Below the pieces are notes generated by a model. That model made no database searches and was not told where the DNA came from. It saw only the letters and a list, made by a program, of their open reading frames with translations. The translations under genes and the position numbers were made by a program. A stretch of DNA of 43,134 bases from Bacilli bacterium (GTDB taxonomy: Bacteria; Bacillota; Bacilli; JBOFGC01), in the NCBI GenBank assembly GCA_051648945.1, contig JBOFGC010000083.1, forward strand, positions 1 through 43,134. The letters run 5' to 3'. Shown here piece after piece: positions 28,721 through 37,846 of this stretch; position 1 is the stretch's first letter, and each line of letters starts with the position of its first letter.

Positions 28721-29442
28721 TGGCTAAAGTATATATTTTCAGTGGAGCGGGACTTAGCGCATCAGCAGGTATTCCAACGTTTCGCGATACAGATGGTCTG
28801 TGGCACAATCATGACATCGATCTTGTTTGTAACTATCACACTTGGTCAGAAAACTACGATTTAGTGCATGATTTCTATAATCAGCGCCGCGTTGAACTAG
28901 GAAACGTTGTACCAACAGAAATGCACAAACAGATTGCCAAGTGGCAGGACGAGTTTGGAGCTGATAACATCGTCAACATTACAACTAACGTCGATGACTT
29001 GTTAGAACGCGCTGGTGTGACTGGTGCGATTCACTTACACGGTTATCTGCCCGAGATTGTAGAATGTTCTACCGGACGGATTACCAACGTCGGATATAAC
29101 GCGGTTGATATCAGTGCAACTAAAACACTCGATTCGATGATTAAACCTAATGTTGTATTCTTCGGCGAAAGCGCGCCTGAATATCGCAATTTAAATAAGA
29201 TCGCTGATTACGATATGACAACAGACGATTTAGCGATTTTCATCGGCATGAGTTATAACGTAGTACAACCGGAGTCATGTTTGCCGTATCGTGGCGCAAC
29301 TCCGATTGCAGTTAACGTGAACCCAGACGAGTTGTCGAACTACGCATACCGATTTGACTCGAATCTGAATATGGCATCCGATTACGCGATTCCTAAGTTA
29401 GATGAAATGATTCGAAACGTAATATACGGCAAAACAAAATAA
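28720..29442 (+). CDS. Sir2-family NAD-dependent deacylase / ADP-ribosyltransferase, short form without Zn ribbon
   Basis: 240 aa from the ATG at 28720 (TAATG overlap). FSGAGLSASAGIPTFRD, TNVDDL, HLHG (catalytic His) and FFGE motifs. No CxxC pairs. Confidence 0.85.
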   Translation: MAKVYIFSGAGLSASAGIPTFRDTDGLWHNHDIDLVCNYHTWSENYDLVHDFYNQRRVELGNVVPTEMHKQIAKWQDEFGADNIVNITTNVDDLLERAGVTGAIHLHGYLPEIVECSTGRITNVGYNAVDISATKTLDSMIKPNVVFFGESAPEYRNLNKIADYDMTTDDLAIFIGMSYNVVQPESCLPYRGATPIAVNVNPDELSNYAYRFDSNLNMASDYAIPKLDEMIRNVIYGKTK

Positions 29443-29518
29443 GGAATCTCATGAAAAACGAAGAAAACTGGGACGTTTAGTAATAAATAATCTCACATGA
29501 AGAAGAAATGGTGAGATT

Positions 29519-30001
29519 ATGAAACAATTAACCGTCGCAACTGCAAGAGAATTGAAGCAACGTCTATACGAAGATCAAGGTGGAAAATGTCCTATTACGG
29601 GCAATGCGTTGAGTCTTCATGTTGGTGATGCTCATTTAGATCACGACCACGCACTTGAAGGCCCCAACGCGGGCAAAGTGCGTGGTCTTTTATCACGCGG
29701 AGCCAACACGTTCGAGGGCTACGTCAAGAAATATTTTCAGAGAACAGGTTTACAATCGGAAGGTGTTGAGTTATCATTAGTGCTCAGAAACCTGGCTGAT
29801 TACTTAGAACAAGATTACTCAGGGAATGACTTTCATCCTAAGTACGTCCCGGACATGATTAGTAAATTCAAACGTCTAAATCTAACCGACATGCGAAGTC
29901 TTATGACGGAGAAAGGATATGCGTTCAACGATAACGACACACGAGCTAGATTAGTCGTAAAATACGGTAAAGAATTCAGAAAGGAACAGAAGGCACTATG
30001 A
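29519..30001 (+). CDS. 49: recombination endonuclease VII (T4 gp49-like)
   Basis: 160 aa. GGKCPITGN…HLDHDH…VRGLLSRGAN fits the Endonuclease_7 H-N-H/Zn pattern. Lies next to nrdD, as in T4. Confidence 0.75.
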   Translation: MKQLTVATARELKQRLYEDQGGKCPITGNALSLHVGDAHLDHDHALEGPNAGKVRGLLSRGANTFEGYVKKYFQRTGLQSEGVELSLVLRNLADYLEQDYSGNDFHPKYVPDMISKFKRLNLTDMRSLMTEKGYAFNDNDTRARLVVKYGKEFRKEQKAL

Positions 30002-31851
30002 ACGAAAATTGGGCAAATAACGCGATGACAGAAATCGCTGAAATGTTTAACACCACAGACAAGGCGACGAGCACAGAAAACGCAAACAAAGACTCGACTG
30101 TTATCGCTACCAAGCGTGACCTGATGGCTGGCATCATCTCCAAAGCATATGCGTTGAATGTTATGCTTGACAAATCAATAGCCACTGCGCATATCGACGG
30201 CGACCTCCATTACCACGATTTGGATTACTCTCCACTAGGTAGTTATTTTAACTGTATGATCGTTGATATCCCAGAAATGTTCAAGGGATTCAAGATGGGA
30301 CAAGCAGAAATCGAAACGCCTCGTTCTATCGGTACAGCTATGAATCTTGTTGCTCAGATCGTTGCTAACGTTGCGTCGAATACATATGGCGGCACGACGA
30401 TTCAACAACTCGACGAGATCATGATTCCTTATGTTCGCGCGTCGTATAACAAGAATCTATCGTTCGCAATGCGTCTAATGGAAGGCAACGAAAAGAAAGC
30501 CGCTATCATCGCAGAAACGATGACAGAAAAAGAAACACACGATGCATGCCAATCGTTAGAATACGAATTGAATACTGTATATTCCAGCAATGGTCAGACT
30601 CCGTTTGTTACTATTAACTTTGGTCTAGGCACATCATGGGAAGCTCGTTTAGTCCAAAAAGGACTTTTGCGAATTCGTATTGATGGTCTTGGTAAGAAAA
30701 AGAAAACAGCAGTGTTTCCTAAGCTCGTATTCACAATCAAAGACGGCGTTAACTTGAAAGAGTTTGACCCTAACTATGATGTCAAGAAAATGGCACTAGA
30801 GTGCGCAACTAAGCGTATGTATCCTGATATCCTGAACTACGATCAGTTGGTCGAAGTGACCGGCGATTTCAAAGCTCCTATGGGATGTCGTTCGTTTGTT
30901 GGCGCAAACGGTTATGAATCTAACATGGGTCGCAATAACTTAGGTGTTGTTACTATTAATATTCCTCGTATCGCTATCGAATGTAAAGGTGATATTGAGA
31001 AGTTCTGGCAGATTCTAGACGACCGCGCTCAGTTAGTTAAGAAAGCATTGTACACTCGTATCGATCGTTTACGTACAGTGAAAGCGAAAGAAGCTCCTAT
31101 TCTTTACATGCACGGTGCATTAGGCGTACGTTTGAAAGCAGATGATTACGTGTTCCCGTTATTCGAAAATGGTCGCGCTAGTGTCTCTATGGGCTACATC
31201 GGATTACACGAAGCAGCAAACGCGCTGTTTGAGTCAAAAGAACACACGTTCGAATCTAAAGAAAAAACAGTATTCACGCTTCAAGTTGTTGAGCGTCTGC
31301 GTGCTTATACCGATGAGTGGAAGAAAGAATCTGGCTTCGGATTTAGTTTGTATTCAACTCCATCAGAATCTCTATGCGATCGTTTCTGTCAGTTAGATAT
31401 TAAGAAGTTCGGCGAAGTTGACAACGTTACGGATAAAGGTTACTATACAAACAGCTTCCATTTAGACGTTCGTAAGAAAGTTACGCTATTCGATAAGATC
31501 GATTTCGAGTCTTCTTATCCACAACATGCGTCTGGCGGATTCATTTCTTACGGCGAATTCATTAGCATGATTCACAACGTGAAAGGATTAGAAGCTGTAT
31601 GGGATTATACTTACGATAAACTGCCATACTACGGCACAAACACTCCTATTGATGAATGCTACAAATGTGGATTCACTGGCGAGTTTCACGCAACAGAAGA
31701 AGGATACGAATGTCCTTACTGTAAGAACAAAGAACCGGGCACAATCTCTGTTACTCGACGCGTTTGTGGTTATTTGGGAGCACCTGATGCTCGTCCATTT
31801 AATCCAGGCAAACAAAAAGAAACAATTTTGCGCACAAAACATAACGATTAA
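29998..31851 (+). CDS. nrdD: anaerobic ribonucleoside-triphosphate reductase (class III)
   Basis: 617 aa. C-terminal Zn cysteines CYKCGF…CPYC and the glycyl-radical motif RRVCGYLG. Confidence 0.92.
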   Translation: MNENWANNAMTEIAEMFNTTDKATSTENANKDSTVIATKRDLMAGIISKAYALNVMLDKSIATAHIDGDLHYHDLDYSPLGSYFNCMIVDIPEMFKGFKMGQAEIETPRSIGTAMNLVAQIVANVASNTYGGTTIQQLDEIMIPYVRASYNKNLSFAMRLMEGNEKKAAIIAETMTEKETHDACQSLEYELNTVYSSNGQTPFVTINFGLGTSWEARLVQKGLLRIRIDGLGKKKKTAVFPKLVFTIKDGVNLKEFDPNYDVKKMALECATKRMYPDILNYDQLVEVTGDFKAPMGCRSFVGANGYESNMGRNNLGVVTINIPRIAIECKGDIEKFWQILDDRAQLVKKALYTRIDRLRTVKAKEAPILYMHGALGVRLKADDYVFPLFENGRASVSMGYIGLHEAANALFESKEHTFESKEKTVFTLQVVERLRAYTDEWKKESGFGFSLYSTPSESLCDRFCQLDIKKFGEVDNVTDKGYYTNSFHLDVRKKVTLFDKIDFESSYPQHASGGFISYGEFISMIHNVKGLEAVWDYTYDKLPYYGTNTPIDECYKCGFTGEFHATEEGYECPYCKNKEPGTISVTRRVCGYLGAPDARPFNPGKQKETILRTKHND

Positions 31852-31853
31852 TT

Positions 31854-31883
31854 GTTAACCTCCAAGCATATATGTGTTATAAT
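31854..31883 (+). promoter_or_regulatory. promoter (GTTAAC-N18-TATAAT) for nrdG
   Basis: -10 lies in the 14-nt loop of the perfect 11-bp inverted repeat AAGCATATATG (31864-31874) / CATATATGCTT (31889-31899). Confidence 0.5.
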
Positions 31884-31914
31884 AAACGCATATATGCTTT
31901 TGAGGTATCGAAAA

Positions 31915-32388
31915 ATGGCAAAATACAATAAAATTTATACGTGCGATATGGCTAACGGCGAAGGTGTTAGAGTCGTTGTGTTCTTTTCTGGATGCAGTCA
32001 CGGCTGCAAAGGATGCTATAACGCATACACATGGAATCCCAAAAACGGATATGAGGTAACAGATGAAGTCATTGAAGGAATTATTGATAGCTGCGCTAAT
32101 CATACTGGGCTTAGTCTTTCTGGCGGCGACCCTTTATACCGCGGTAATCGTCTTTCTGTGCTTAATCTTGTTCGTCGCTTTAAGCTGCGTTATCCAGAAA
32201 AAGATATCTGGATGTGGACAGGATATACGTTCGAAGATATCAAAGACGATGAAGTTATCTCGGAAATCCTGAAGCACGTCGATGTTGTGATCGATGGTAA
32301 GTATGAACAAGATAACCCAACTATGAAGCCCTGGAGAGGTTCGAACAACCAACGAAAAATCGATATAAAAACGTTGACAATAGATTAA
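31915..32388 (+). CDS. nrdG: anaerobic RNR activating radical SAM protein
   Basis: 157 aa from the ATG at 31915 (RBS GAGG). GEGVRVVVFFSGCSHGCKGCYN (Cx3Cx2C). Confidence 0.9.
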   Translation: MAKYNKIYTCDMANGEGVRVVVFFSGCSHGCKGCYNAYTWNPKNGYEVTDEVIEGIIDSCANHTGLSLSGGDPLYRGNRLSVLNLVRRFKLRYPEKDIWMWTGYTFEDIKDDEVISEILKHVDVVIDGKYEQDNPTMKPWRGSNNQRKIDIKTLTID

Positions 32389-32401
32389 CTCCTAGTAATA
32401 T
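32374..32401 (+). promoter_or_regulatory. promoter (TTGACA-N16-TAATAT)
   Basis: Overlaps the nrdG stop. Confidence 0.45.
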
Positions 32402-32436
32402 AGCGTTCATCAAGTCAACAACGTGAGTATTATATT

Positions 32437-32949
32437 ATGTTTAGATTACTAGGTTACGCATTGGCGGTAGTCGCCGGTATCGCGTTGATACTTGCTTGGG
32501 GATTCGTATGGATGTATCAGTTTATAGTGTTGATGATAGTGCCACCTGCACCCGCTGATTACAAACCCAATATGGAAACATACGAGTCTTACCAAGTGGT
32601 CGTTCGCGAATACAATAAAGTGAAATACGGAAAATATCCTGATAATTTCTTCGATTTAATTGAAGGAAAAACAACAGTACGAATCGATGGCGAGTACGCG
32701 GTTCGTAGTGACGGTAGACGTTCTTATGTAATTTATAAAAGAGATGATGCTCGTTTCGGCAAAGAAGATATACCTCGTATTGTGATTGATAGTGGGCCGA
32801 CCGATTGGATTGTCAAAGGATGTCGTCACAATGCAGTAGGATGTAGTGTATCATTGAAAGCGACATATCGTTATGAATTAACGCAAGAAGGAACACAAGG
32901 CGCAATGCCTTACCGAGTAGACATATCAGCATCGAGGATTAAACGATGA
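32437..32949 (+). CDS. membrane-anchored hypothetical protein, 170 aa
   Basis: N-terminal TM LGYALAVVAGIALILAWGFVWMYQFIVLMIV. Confidence 0.65.
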   Translation: MFRLLGYALAVVAGIALILAWGFVWMYQFIVLMIVPPAPADYKPNMETYESYQVVVREYNKVKYGKYPDNFFDLIEGKTTVRIDGEYAVRSDGRRSYVIYKRDDARFGKEDIPRIVIDSGPTDWIVKGCRHNAVGCSVSLKATYRYELTQEGTQGAMPYRVDISASRIKR

Positions 32950-33218
32950 AACTCATCAACGGAAAGAAATCCGATTACGCGATTGAAATGGACATGTTGC
33001 CCGATTCGTTTTATGAAGAAGAGCGAGCGCGTCCAAAGATTAAATCTGTGTTGTTTGTTGTTTGTTACGTGTTTTATTTCCTGATAACATATAGTTACTT
33101 CGAGATTTATGGTTGGGAGTTCGTAACTTCGCTAGATTTGGCATACGTTAAATCAATGGGAATTGTCTGGGTTGGTCACGTTGCGATTTACTGTTTCAAA
33201 TATTTCACTCAGGAGTAA
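32946..33218 (+). CDS. membrane protein, 90 aa
   Basis: ATGA overlap. Two TM segments. Confidence 0.6.
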   Translation: MKLINGKKSDYAIEMDMLPDSFYEEERARPKIKSVLFVVCYVFYFLITYSYFEIYGWEFVTSLDLAYVKSMGIVWVGHVAIYCFKYFTQE

Positions 33219-33238
33219 CCCACGAATTTCGTTTTCGT

Positions 33239-33267
33239 GTTTACTTTCGAGTGGCCATTGCTATAAT
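33239..33267 (+). promoter_or_regulatory. early-type promoter (GTTTAC-N17-TATAAT)
   Basis: Perfect consensus. Confidence 0.6.
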
Positions 33268-33292
33268 AGCTTTATTAATTTTGAAGGGGTAA

Positions 33293-33601
33293 ATGATGTA
33301 TGTTGAAATTTTCGGATTTAATCCGAATGTGATGAATTGTCCGTCGTGTATGCGTTCGAAAGCGTTATGCGAGTTGAACGATATAAATTATGAGTTCCAT
33401 TGCGTCGTTTCGGAAATTCACAAAGGTAAACTAATCTACGACAATGCGGTACTGGAAGACCTAGATTCTCGTATTGAGCGAAAAGAAGGCGAATCTATTA
33501 ACGTGCCTCGTATATTTGTAGATGATGTTTTAATTGGTGGATTATCTGATTTTCGTGCAATGTTACGCGATTTGAATATGAAAACCAATGAGGTTATTTG
33601 A
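33293..33601 (+). CDS. nrdC: glutaredoxin-like protein (T4 NrdC-like, CPSC active site)
   Basis: 102 aa. EIFGFNPNVMNCPSCMRSK and VPRIFVDDVLIGGLSDF resemble T4 thioredoxin/NrdC (KCVYC…MPQVFAPDGSHIGGFDQL, from memory). Confidence 0.75.
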   Translation: MMYVEIFGFNPNVMNCPSCMRSKALCELNDINYEFHCVVSEIHKGKLIYDNAVLEDLDSRIERKEGESINVPRIFVDDVLIGGLSDFRAMLRDLNMKTNEVI

Positions 33602-33921
33602 TGTCTATTGTTAAAGATGTGCCATACGTATACGAAACAGAAAAAGACTTGGCTGTAGGTGTGCAAATCAAGAATATGATTAATCCTTATATTCGTTTTC
33701 GTATGGAACGCTTCGTCGAGACTTGTCAAGAGAAAGGCACACGAATCTATGTACCCGATGAGTTCATCGATACAATCGAAACTGGATGCAAACATTTACT
33801 CGAATCTGCTGATATCAAAACACGAAAAACGCTTGCACGTGAGCACATTGTGAATTATATTATCAGCGAATTCACAACAGACGTGCTACTGAAGCCAAAA
33901 CACGAATTTAAAGTAAAATAA
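33598..33921 (+). CDS. hypothetical protein, 107 aa
   Basis: ATGA overlap. Confidence 0.6.
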   Translation: MMSIVKDVPYVYETEKDLAVGVQIKNMINPYIRFRMERFVETCQEKGTRIYVPDEFIDTIETGCKHLLESADIKTRKTLAREHIVNYIISEFTTDVLLKPKHEFKVK

Positions 33922-33929
33922 CCCCGTAA

Positions 33930-33951
33930 GGAGCCTTCGGGCTCCTTTTTT
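33930..33951 (+). terminator. intrinsic terminator, GGAGCC-TTCG-GGCTCC copy
   Basis: Exact hairpin plus T6. Confidence 0.85.
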
Positions 33952-33964
33952 GATAGGCAATATA

Positions 33965-35440
33965 ATGAACGTCGATATCCTAGAAGCTGTACCAGCAGCC
34001 GGTAAAACGGCAGCATTCCTAGAATACATTAAAGAAACAAACCAAAAGGCGATCGTTTCGTCTATCTCCCGTCAGTTAAGCCGTCAGTCGTACAACTTTT
34101 TCAATAAGATGGGCGGTCAAAATTCAGTAATTATCGACAGTGACAATAAAAAAGAAAATCAATCCGTAACAAAAACGTTAGCTAATGTTATGGAAAAGAA
34201 AACGCCTAATGTTATTTTCGTAACCCACGCAGCATTATTACAATCGTGCGATTTCTCTTTGTTCAAAGGGTATCATCTCTATATCGATGAAGTGCCAGAC
34301 ATGGTGTCGCTCGACATGATGAAGCTGACTGTCAACTCGTACAAAGTATTATCGTATTGTATGCCGATTGGCGGCTCTACTGGAAGCACATATAACTTGC
34401 GACTGGACGAAACGCGTCGCGAGGAACTAACAGAAATCGCATACGATGGTTTCAATCAAAACGATGAAATCGCATCTAAGCTACTACCTATCTACGAAAG
34501 CTTACTGAATGGACATCCTGTTCGGTTTCGTCGTGGTGACGATTCGGTGTCACAATTCTATTACATTAAAGACCTAACAAATCAACAGTGGGAAGTGTTT
34601 ACTGGAATCACGATAGCATGTGCAAATTTCGATAAAACATTCACCGGTTACATTCTGAAATATTGGAACGGATGGACATTCAGCAAAAGTCATCTTCACG
34701 ATAAACTGCGTTTCGAGGCATACACCAACACAGACCGAGTTAAAATCAGTGTGATGATCGATCAAACATGGTCGCGCTGTGTTGCTGATAAATCGATCGG
34801 CGAGACAAGTTTGTATAATAAGATCCAAGACATGGTGCAAACGATGTACCCGGAAGGCAATTTTCTTTACACGACAAACAGCTTTCGTAGTCGAATGTTG
34901 GGCCATCAGATTCAGTATAACCCACACGGACTGAATATGTATTCACATGCGAATCATATTGTTGCATTGTTTAGTTACAATCCTCAGCCATGGCAGATCC
35001 CGATCCTTACTGAGTTAGCATCAATGCAGGATCTAGAAGATAACGAGTTGATCGACGCGTTTCTTGTGTCGAAATATCTTGAGCCTATCTTTCAGTTATG
35101 CACACGCGGCGACATTCGGAATAACGACTCAACAAAAACAGTTCATCTTGTTGTGCCTGATATGCGTGCAGCGATGTATCTGAAGAATAATTATCTACCT
35201 GATGCAGTTATCGATGTTACTGACGTTCACAACGTGGACCTAACTCCAGCAGCTCCTAAAGACTATAACTGGAAGTCTCGTGGCGTTAGTGCTGTGTTAG
35301 AAATGACTCCAAAAGAACGTCGAGCGTTCTATTATTTCTGTAAAAAGAGTAACAAGAAAGCAACGGATTTCGATCCAACTGAACCAAGTCACTTACTAGA
35401 AGTTAAAAACTGGTTGACAAAACATCGTGAAAGTAATTAA
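33965..35440 (+). CDS. P-loop NTPase, helicase-like, family not recognised
   Basis: 491 aa from the ATG at 33965. Walker A VPAAGKTAA at residues ~9-17, Walker B LYIDEVPD, VTHAAL motif. The ORF-track TTG at 33950 lies in the terminator T-run. Confidence 0.7.
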   Translation: MNVDILEAVPAAGKTAAFLEYIKETNQKAIVSSISRQLSRQSYNFFNKMGGQNSVIIDSDNKKENQSVTKTLANVMEKKTPNVIFVTHAALLQSCDFSLFKGYHLYIDEVPDMVSLDMMKLTVNSYKVLSYCMPIGGSTGSTYNLRLDETRREELTEIAYDGFNQNDEIASKLLPIYESLLNGHPVRFRRGDDSVSQFYYIKDLTNQQWEVFTGITIACANFDKTFTGYILKYWNGWTFSKSHLHDKLRFEAYTNTDRVKISVMIDQTWSRCVADKSIGETSLYNKIQDMVQTMYPEGNFLYTTNSFRSRMLGHQIQYNPHGLNMYSHANHIVALFSYNPQPWQIPILTELASMQDLEDNELIDAFLVSKYLEPIFQLCTRGDIRNNDSTKTVHLVVPDMRAAMYLKNNYLPDAVIDVTDVHNVDLTPAAPKDYNWKSRGVSAVLEMTPKERRAFYYFCKKSNKKATDFDPTEPSHLLEVKNWLTKHRESN

Positions 35441-35444
35441 CAAA

Positions 35445-35462
35445 GGGCCGAAAGGCCCTTTT
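35445..35462 (+). terminator. intrinsic terminator
   Basis: GGGCC-GAAA-GGCCC followed by TTTT. Confidence 0.7.
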
Positions 35463-35479
35463 ATTTCGTCTAATAGTAA

Positions 35480-35527
35480 TTTTGTTCATTAGTTTCTATA
35501 ATAGTTATATAGTATAGACAAAGACAA
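35480..35527 (+). repeat. 48-nt AT-rich intergenic element, copy 2
   Basis: 47/48 identical to 8240-8287. Followed by the hairpin TCTGATGC-GTT-GCATCAGA (35531-35549). Confidence 0.85.
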
Positions 35528-35579
35528 TATTCTGATGCGTTGCATCAGAGTGTTAAACTGTTTTATATTTCTTTAACAT

Positions 35580-35609
35580 GTTTATATGCACTCTTAACTG
35601 TAGTATAAT
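35580..35609 (+). promoter_or_regulatory. early-type promoter (GTTTAT-N18-TATAAT) for gene 55
   Basis: Read by eye. Confidence 0.5.
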
Positions 35610-35635
35610 TAACTTACGAACTTGAGGTGTATGAC

Positions 35636-36184
35636 ATGAAAAAATCCAATGACTATGTAGATAATCTGGCACTTTACGAATCACTCGTGAAGTGGCAGAA
35701 AATAAGAGAAAGTGTTCCAGATGCTCCTCTTTCCAATGATATTGGAAAGGCAATACTCGATATATCAAGTAACTTAGCTAGACGATGGAACTTTTCGGGG
35801 TATACTCCTGATTGGAAAGAACAGATGATTGGTGACGGCGTAGAGGCAGCGCTCAAGGGCATTAAAAACTTTGACGTTACTCTCTATAAGAATCCTTACG
35901 GATACATCACCAAAGTGTGTTTTAGAGCGTTCCAGAATCGAATTAAGAAAGAGCGAAGAACTAGCGTCACGAAGTACAGATATTTTGTGGAAGAAGTATA
36001 TGACTCTGAGTGTACGGATATGTCAGCTATGGTTGATGTAGACTTTTATCAAGACATGATTACTAAAATTGCCGATTATGATAACGGACTCAAAAAGAAA
36101 GCTGATGAGAATATGCCTGAAGAGGATGATGTGAAGGATATTCCGTTATCCGGCTTAGGTGCAATTTATGGAAACAATTTTTAA
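35636..36184 (+). CDS. 55: late-transcription sigma factor gp55
   Basis: 182 aa from the ATG at 35636. RRWNFSGYTPDWKEQMIGDGVEAALKGIKNFD and FQNRIKKERR match T4 gp55 ([42 protein letters not shown]). Confidence 0.92.
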   Translation: MKKSNDYVDNLALYESLVKWQKIRESVPDAPLSNDIGKAILDISSNLARRWNFSGYTPDWKEQMIGDGVEAALKGIKNFDVTLYKNPYGYITKVCFRAFQNRIKKERRTSVTKYRYFVEEVYDSECTDMSAMVDVDFYQDMITKIADYDNGLKKKADENMPEEDDVKDIPLSGLGAIYGNNF

Positions 36185-36395
36185 ATACAATCTCATTGAA
36201 ATTCTAAATGAAATTAATGGCGAGGAAGACTTGATTCCTTATTGGATTAAGTTAGACTTATTGGATAGAGGTGTTCCCATCGAGGTAGACCCTCTTGAAG
36301 TAAAAAATCAGAGATTCGCGGTAAGATACGGCGAAATCTCATATATTGAACATGATAACGAACTGGTGATAAAATGGTCGAACAAAAAGACGTAA
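36168..36395 (+). CDS. hypothetical protein, 75 aa
   Basis: ATG at 36168. Overlaps the gene 55 end by 17 nt. Confidence 0.5.
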   Translation: METIFKYNLIEILNEINGEEDLIPYWIKLDLLDRGVPIEVDPLEVKNQRFAVRYGEISYIEHDNELVIKWSNKKT

Positions 36396-36724
36396 TGCTC
36401 AACTCACAAGCAGCAGACGAAATCCTTGAGCGTGCTGTTACTGGCGCTGATGTTGCTGTAAATGATCCTATGCGTGCCATCGCTGATAAGCGTGCTCGTA
36501 AGATCATCAAGAAACATAAAAAAGAAATCGACCGTCTGAAATCTCACGCAGAGAAATGTCTGTACGAGATGAACAAACCGGGATACATTTACGCTATCGG
36601 TAAGATTCGTAAAATTATTCGTAAACCGTTAGGTGACGATGTGCTTGAAGTGTTGTATACTACTTCTCTTGAGCGAATTATTGAAATTGCTCAAGCTGAA
36701 CTAGAACGCGCTAATCAAGGTTAA
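36374..36724 (+). CDS. hypothetical protein, 116 aa (alternative TAATG start at 36395)
   Basis: Lys-rich helical protein. Start uncertain. Confidence 0.6.
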   Translation: MVEQKDVMLNSQAADEILERAVTGADVAVNDPMRAIADKRARKIIKKHKKEIDRLKSHAEKCLYEMNKPGYIYAIGKIRKIIRKPLGDDVLEVLYTTSLERIIEIAQAELERANQG

Positions 36725-36769
36725 TATTCAAGGGAGGGCGAATGCTCTCCCATTTTGAGAAGGTAGAAT

Positions 36770-37846
36770 ATGAACACACAATTAACAACACCTGATGAAA
36801 TTTTTGCACTATTAGGCGATCTCCATCTTGGCGTAAAAGCAGATGACCCTTGGATGGAAAAGAACATTCTCGAAACGCTCACACGATTCTGTGATGAATG
36901 TAAAGAGAAGAATATCAAATACTGTATTCAAACAGGCGACTTTTTCGACGTTCGTAACCGAATCGCACAGCGCACCATTCAGTTTGTTCGTGAGAAAATC
37001 GTTCCATTGTTTCAGGAAACGTTTGAGCGTACTTTTGCTATCGTCGGCAATCACGATTTACAGTTAAAGGATAAAATCACTCCTAACAGTTGTCGTGAGA
37101 TTCTCGGACAATACGATTCATTTACTATTATCGAAAAACCAACCAAGATCACACTCGAAGGCGTTACTATCGATTTGATTCCTTGGATTTGTAAAGAGAA
37201 CTCAACCGACGTATTTGAGTTCATTAAGGCAAGTACCAGTCGGTACTGCGTCGGTCATTTTGAATTGAATGGCTATGAATTTTATAAAGGCGTTAAGTCA
37301 TCAGGACTTGAACCCGATTTCTTGGAGAAATATGATGCTGTATGGTCAGGACACTTTCACACTATATCTAGCGGCGGCAATGTTGAATTTGTCGGAACTC
37401 CGTACACTATCACCCTTGGTGATGCGAATGATCCTCGCGGATATTGGCTTTACGATAAAGTTTCAGCATCGATTAATTTTTACGAAAATCCGGTAATGAA
37501 TCATCGTCGTGTGTATTTCGATGCAGACACATGGACGATGACAGAAGCAGAAATCGTAAGTGAGTTCAAAGATAAAGTCGTTCACTTAGTTATCGAGCGC
37601 AGTTTAAGCGAAACGAATAAAGTCAATCTGGATAAAGTGTTAACTTGGTTCGAATCGACTTGCTACGAATTCACAAGTAAAGAAATGGTCGGCGTTTCTT
37701 CCGATGACGACAGCGACATTGATGTTAAAGTTATGAAAACAATCGAGGTGATTCACTCACAAGTGGATTTACTAGACGAGAATGATAGTGTTAAAAATCG
37801 CGTGAAAACTATTTTTAACGGTTTATATGCAGAAGCAGGTGTGTAA
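36770..37846 (+). CDS. 47: recombination/repair nuclease subunit gp47 (Mre11/SbcD-like)
   Basis: 358 aa. Metallophosphoesterase motifs LGDLHLG, QTGDFFD, VGNHD and SGHFH. Confidence 0.9.
   Translation: MNTQLTTPDEIFALLGDLHLGVKADDPWMEKNILETLTRFCDECKEKNIKYCIQTGDFFDVRNRIAQRTIQFVREKIVPLFQETFERTFAIVGNHDLQLKDKITPNSCREILGQYDSFTIIEKPTKITLEGVTIDLIPWICKENSTDVFEFIKASTSRYCVGHFELNGYEFYKGVKSSGLEPDFLEKYDAVWSGHFHTISSGGNVEFVGTPYTITLGDANDPRGYWLYDKVSASINFYENPVMNHRRVYFDADTWTMTEAEIVSEFKDKVVHLVIERSLSETNKVNLDKVLTWFESTCYEFTSKEMVGVSSDDDSDIDVKVMKTIEVIHSQVDLLDENDSVKNRVKTIFNGLYAEAGV

Noticed and set aside
29451-29480. Nine-codon ORF MKNEENWDV after the Sir2 gene.
   Set aside because: - It has an AAGGAA box but is very short.
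- It is not coupled to the next gene.
- It is indistinguishable from chance in AT-rich spacer.
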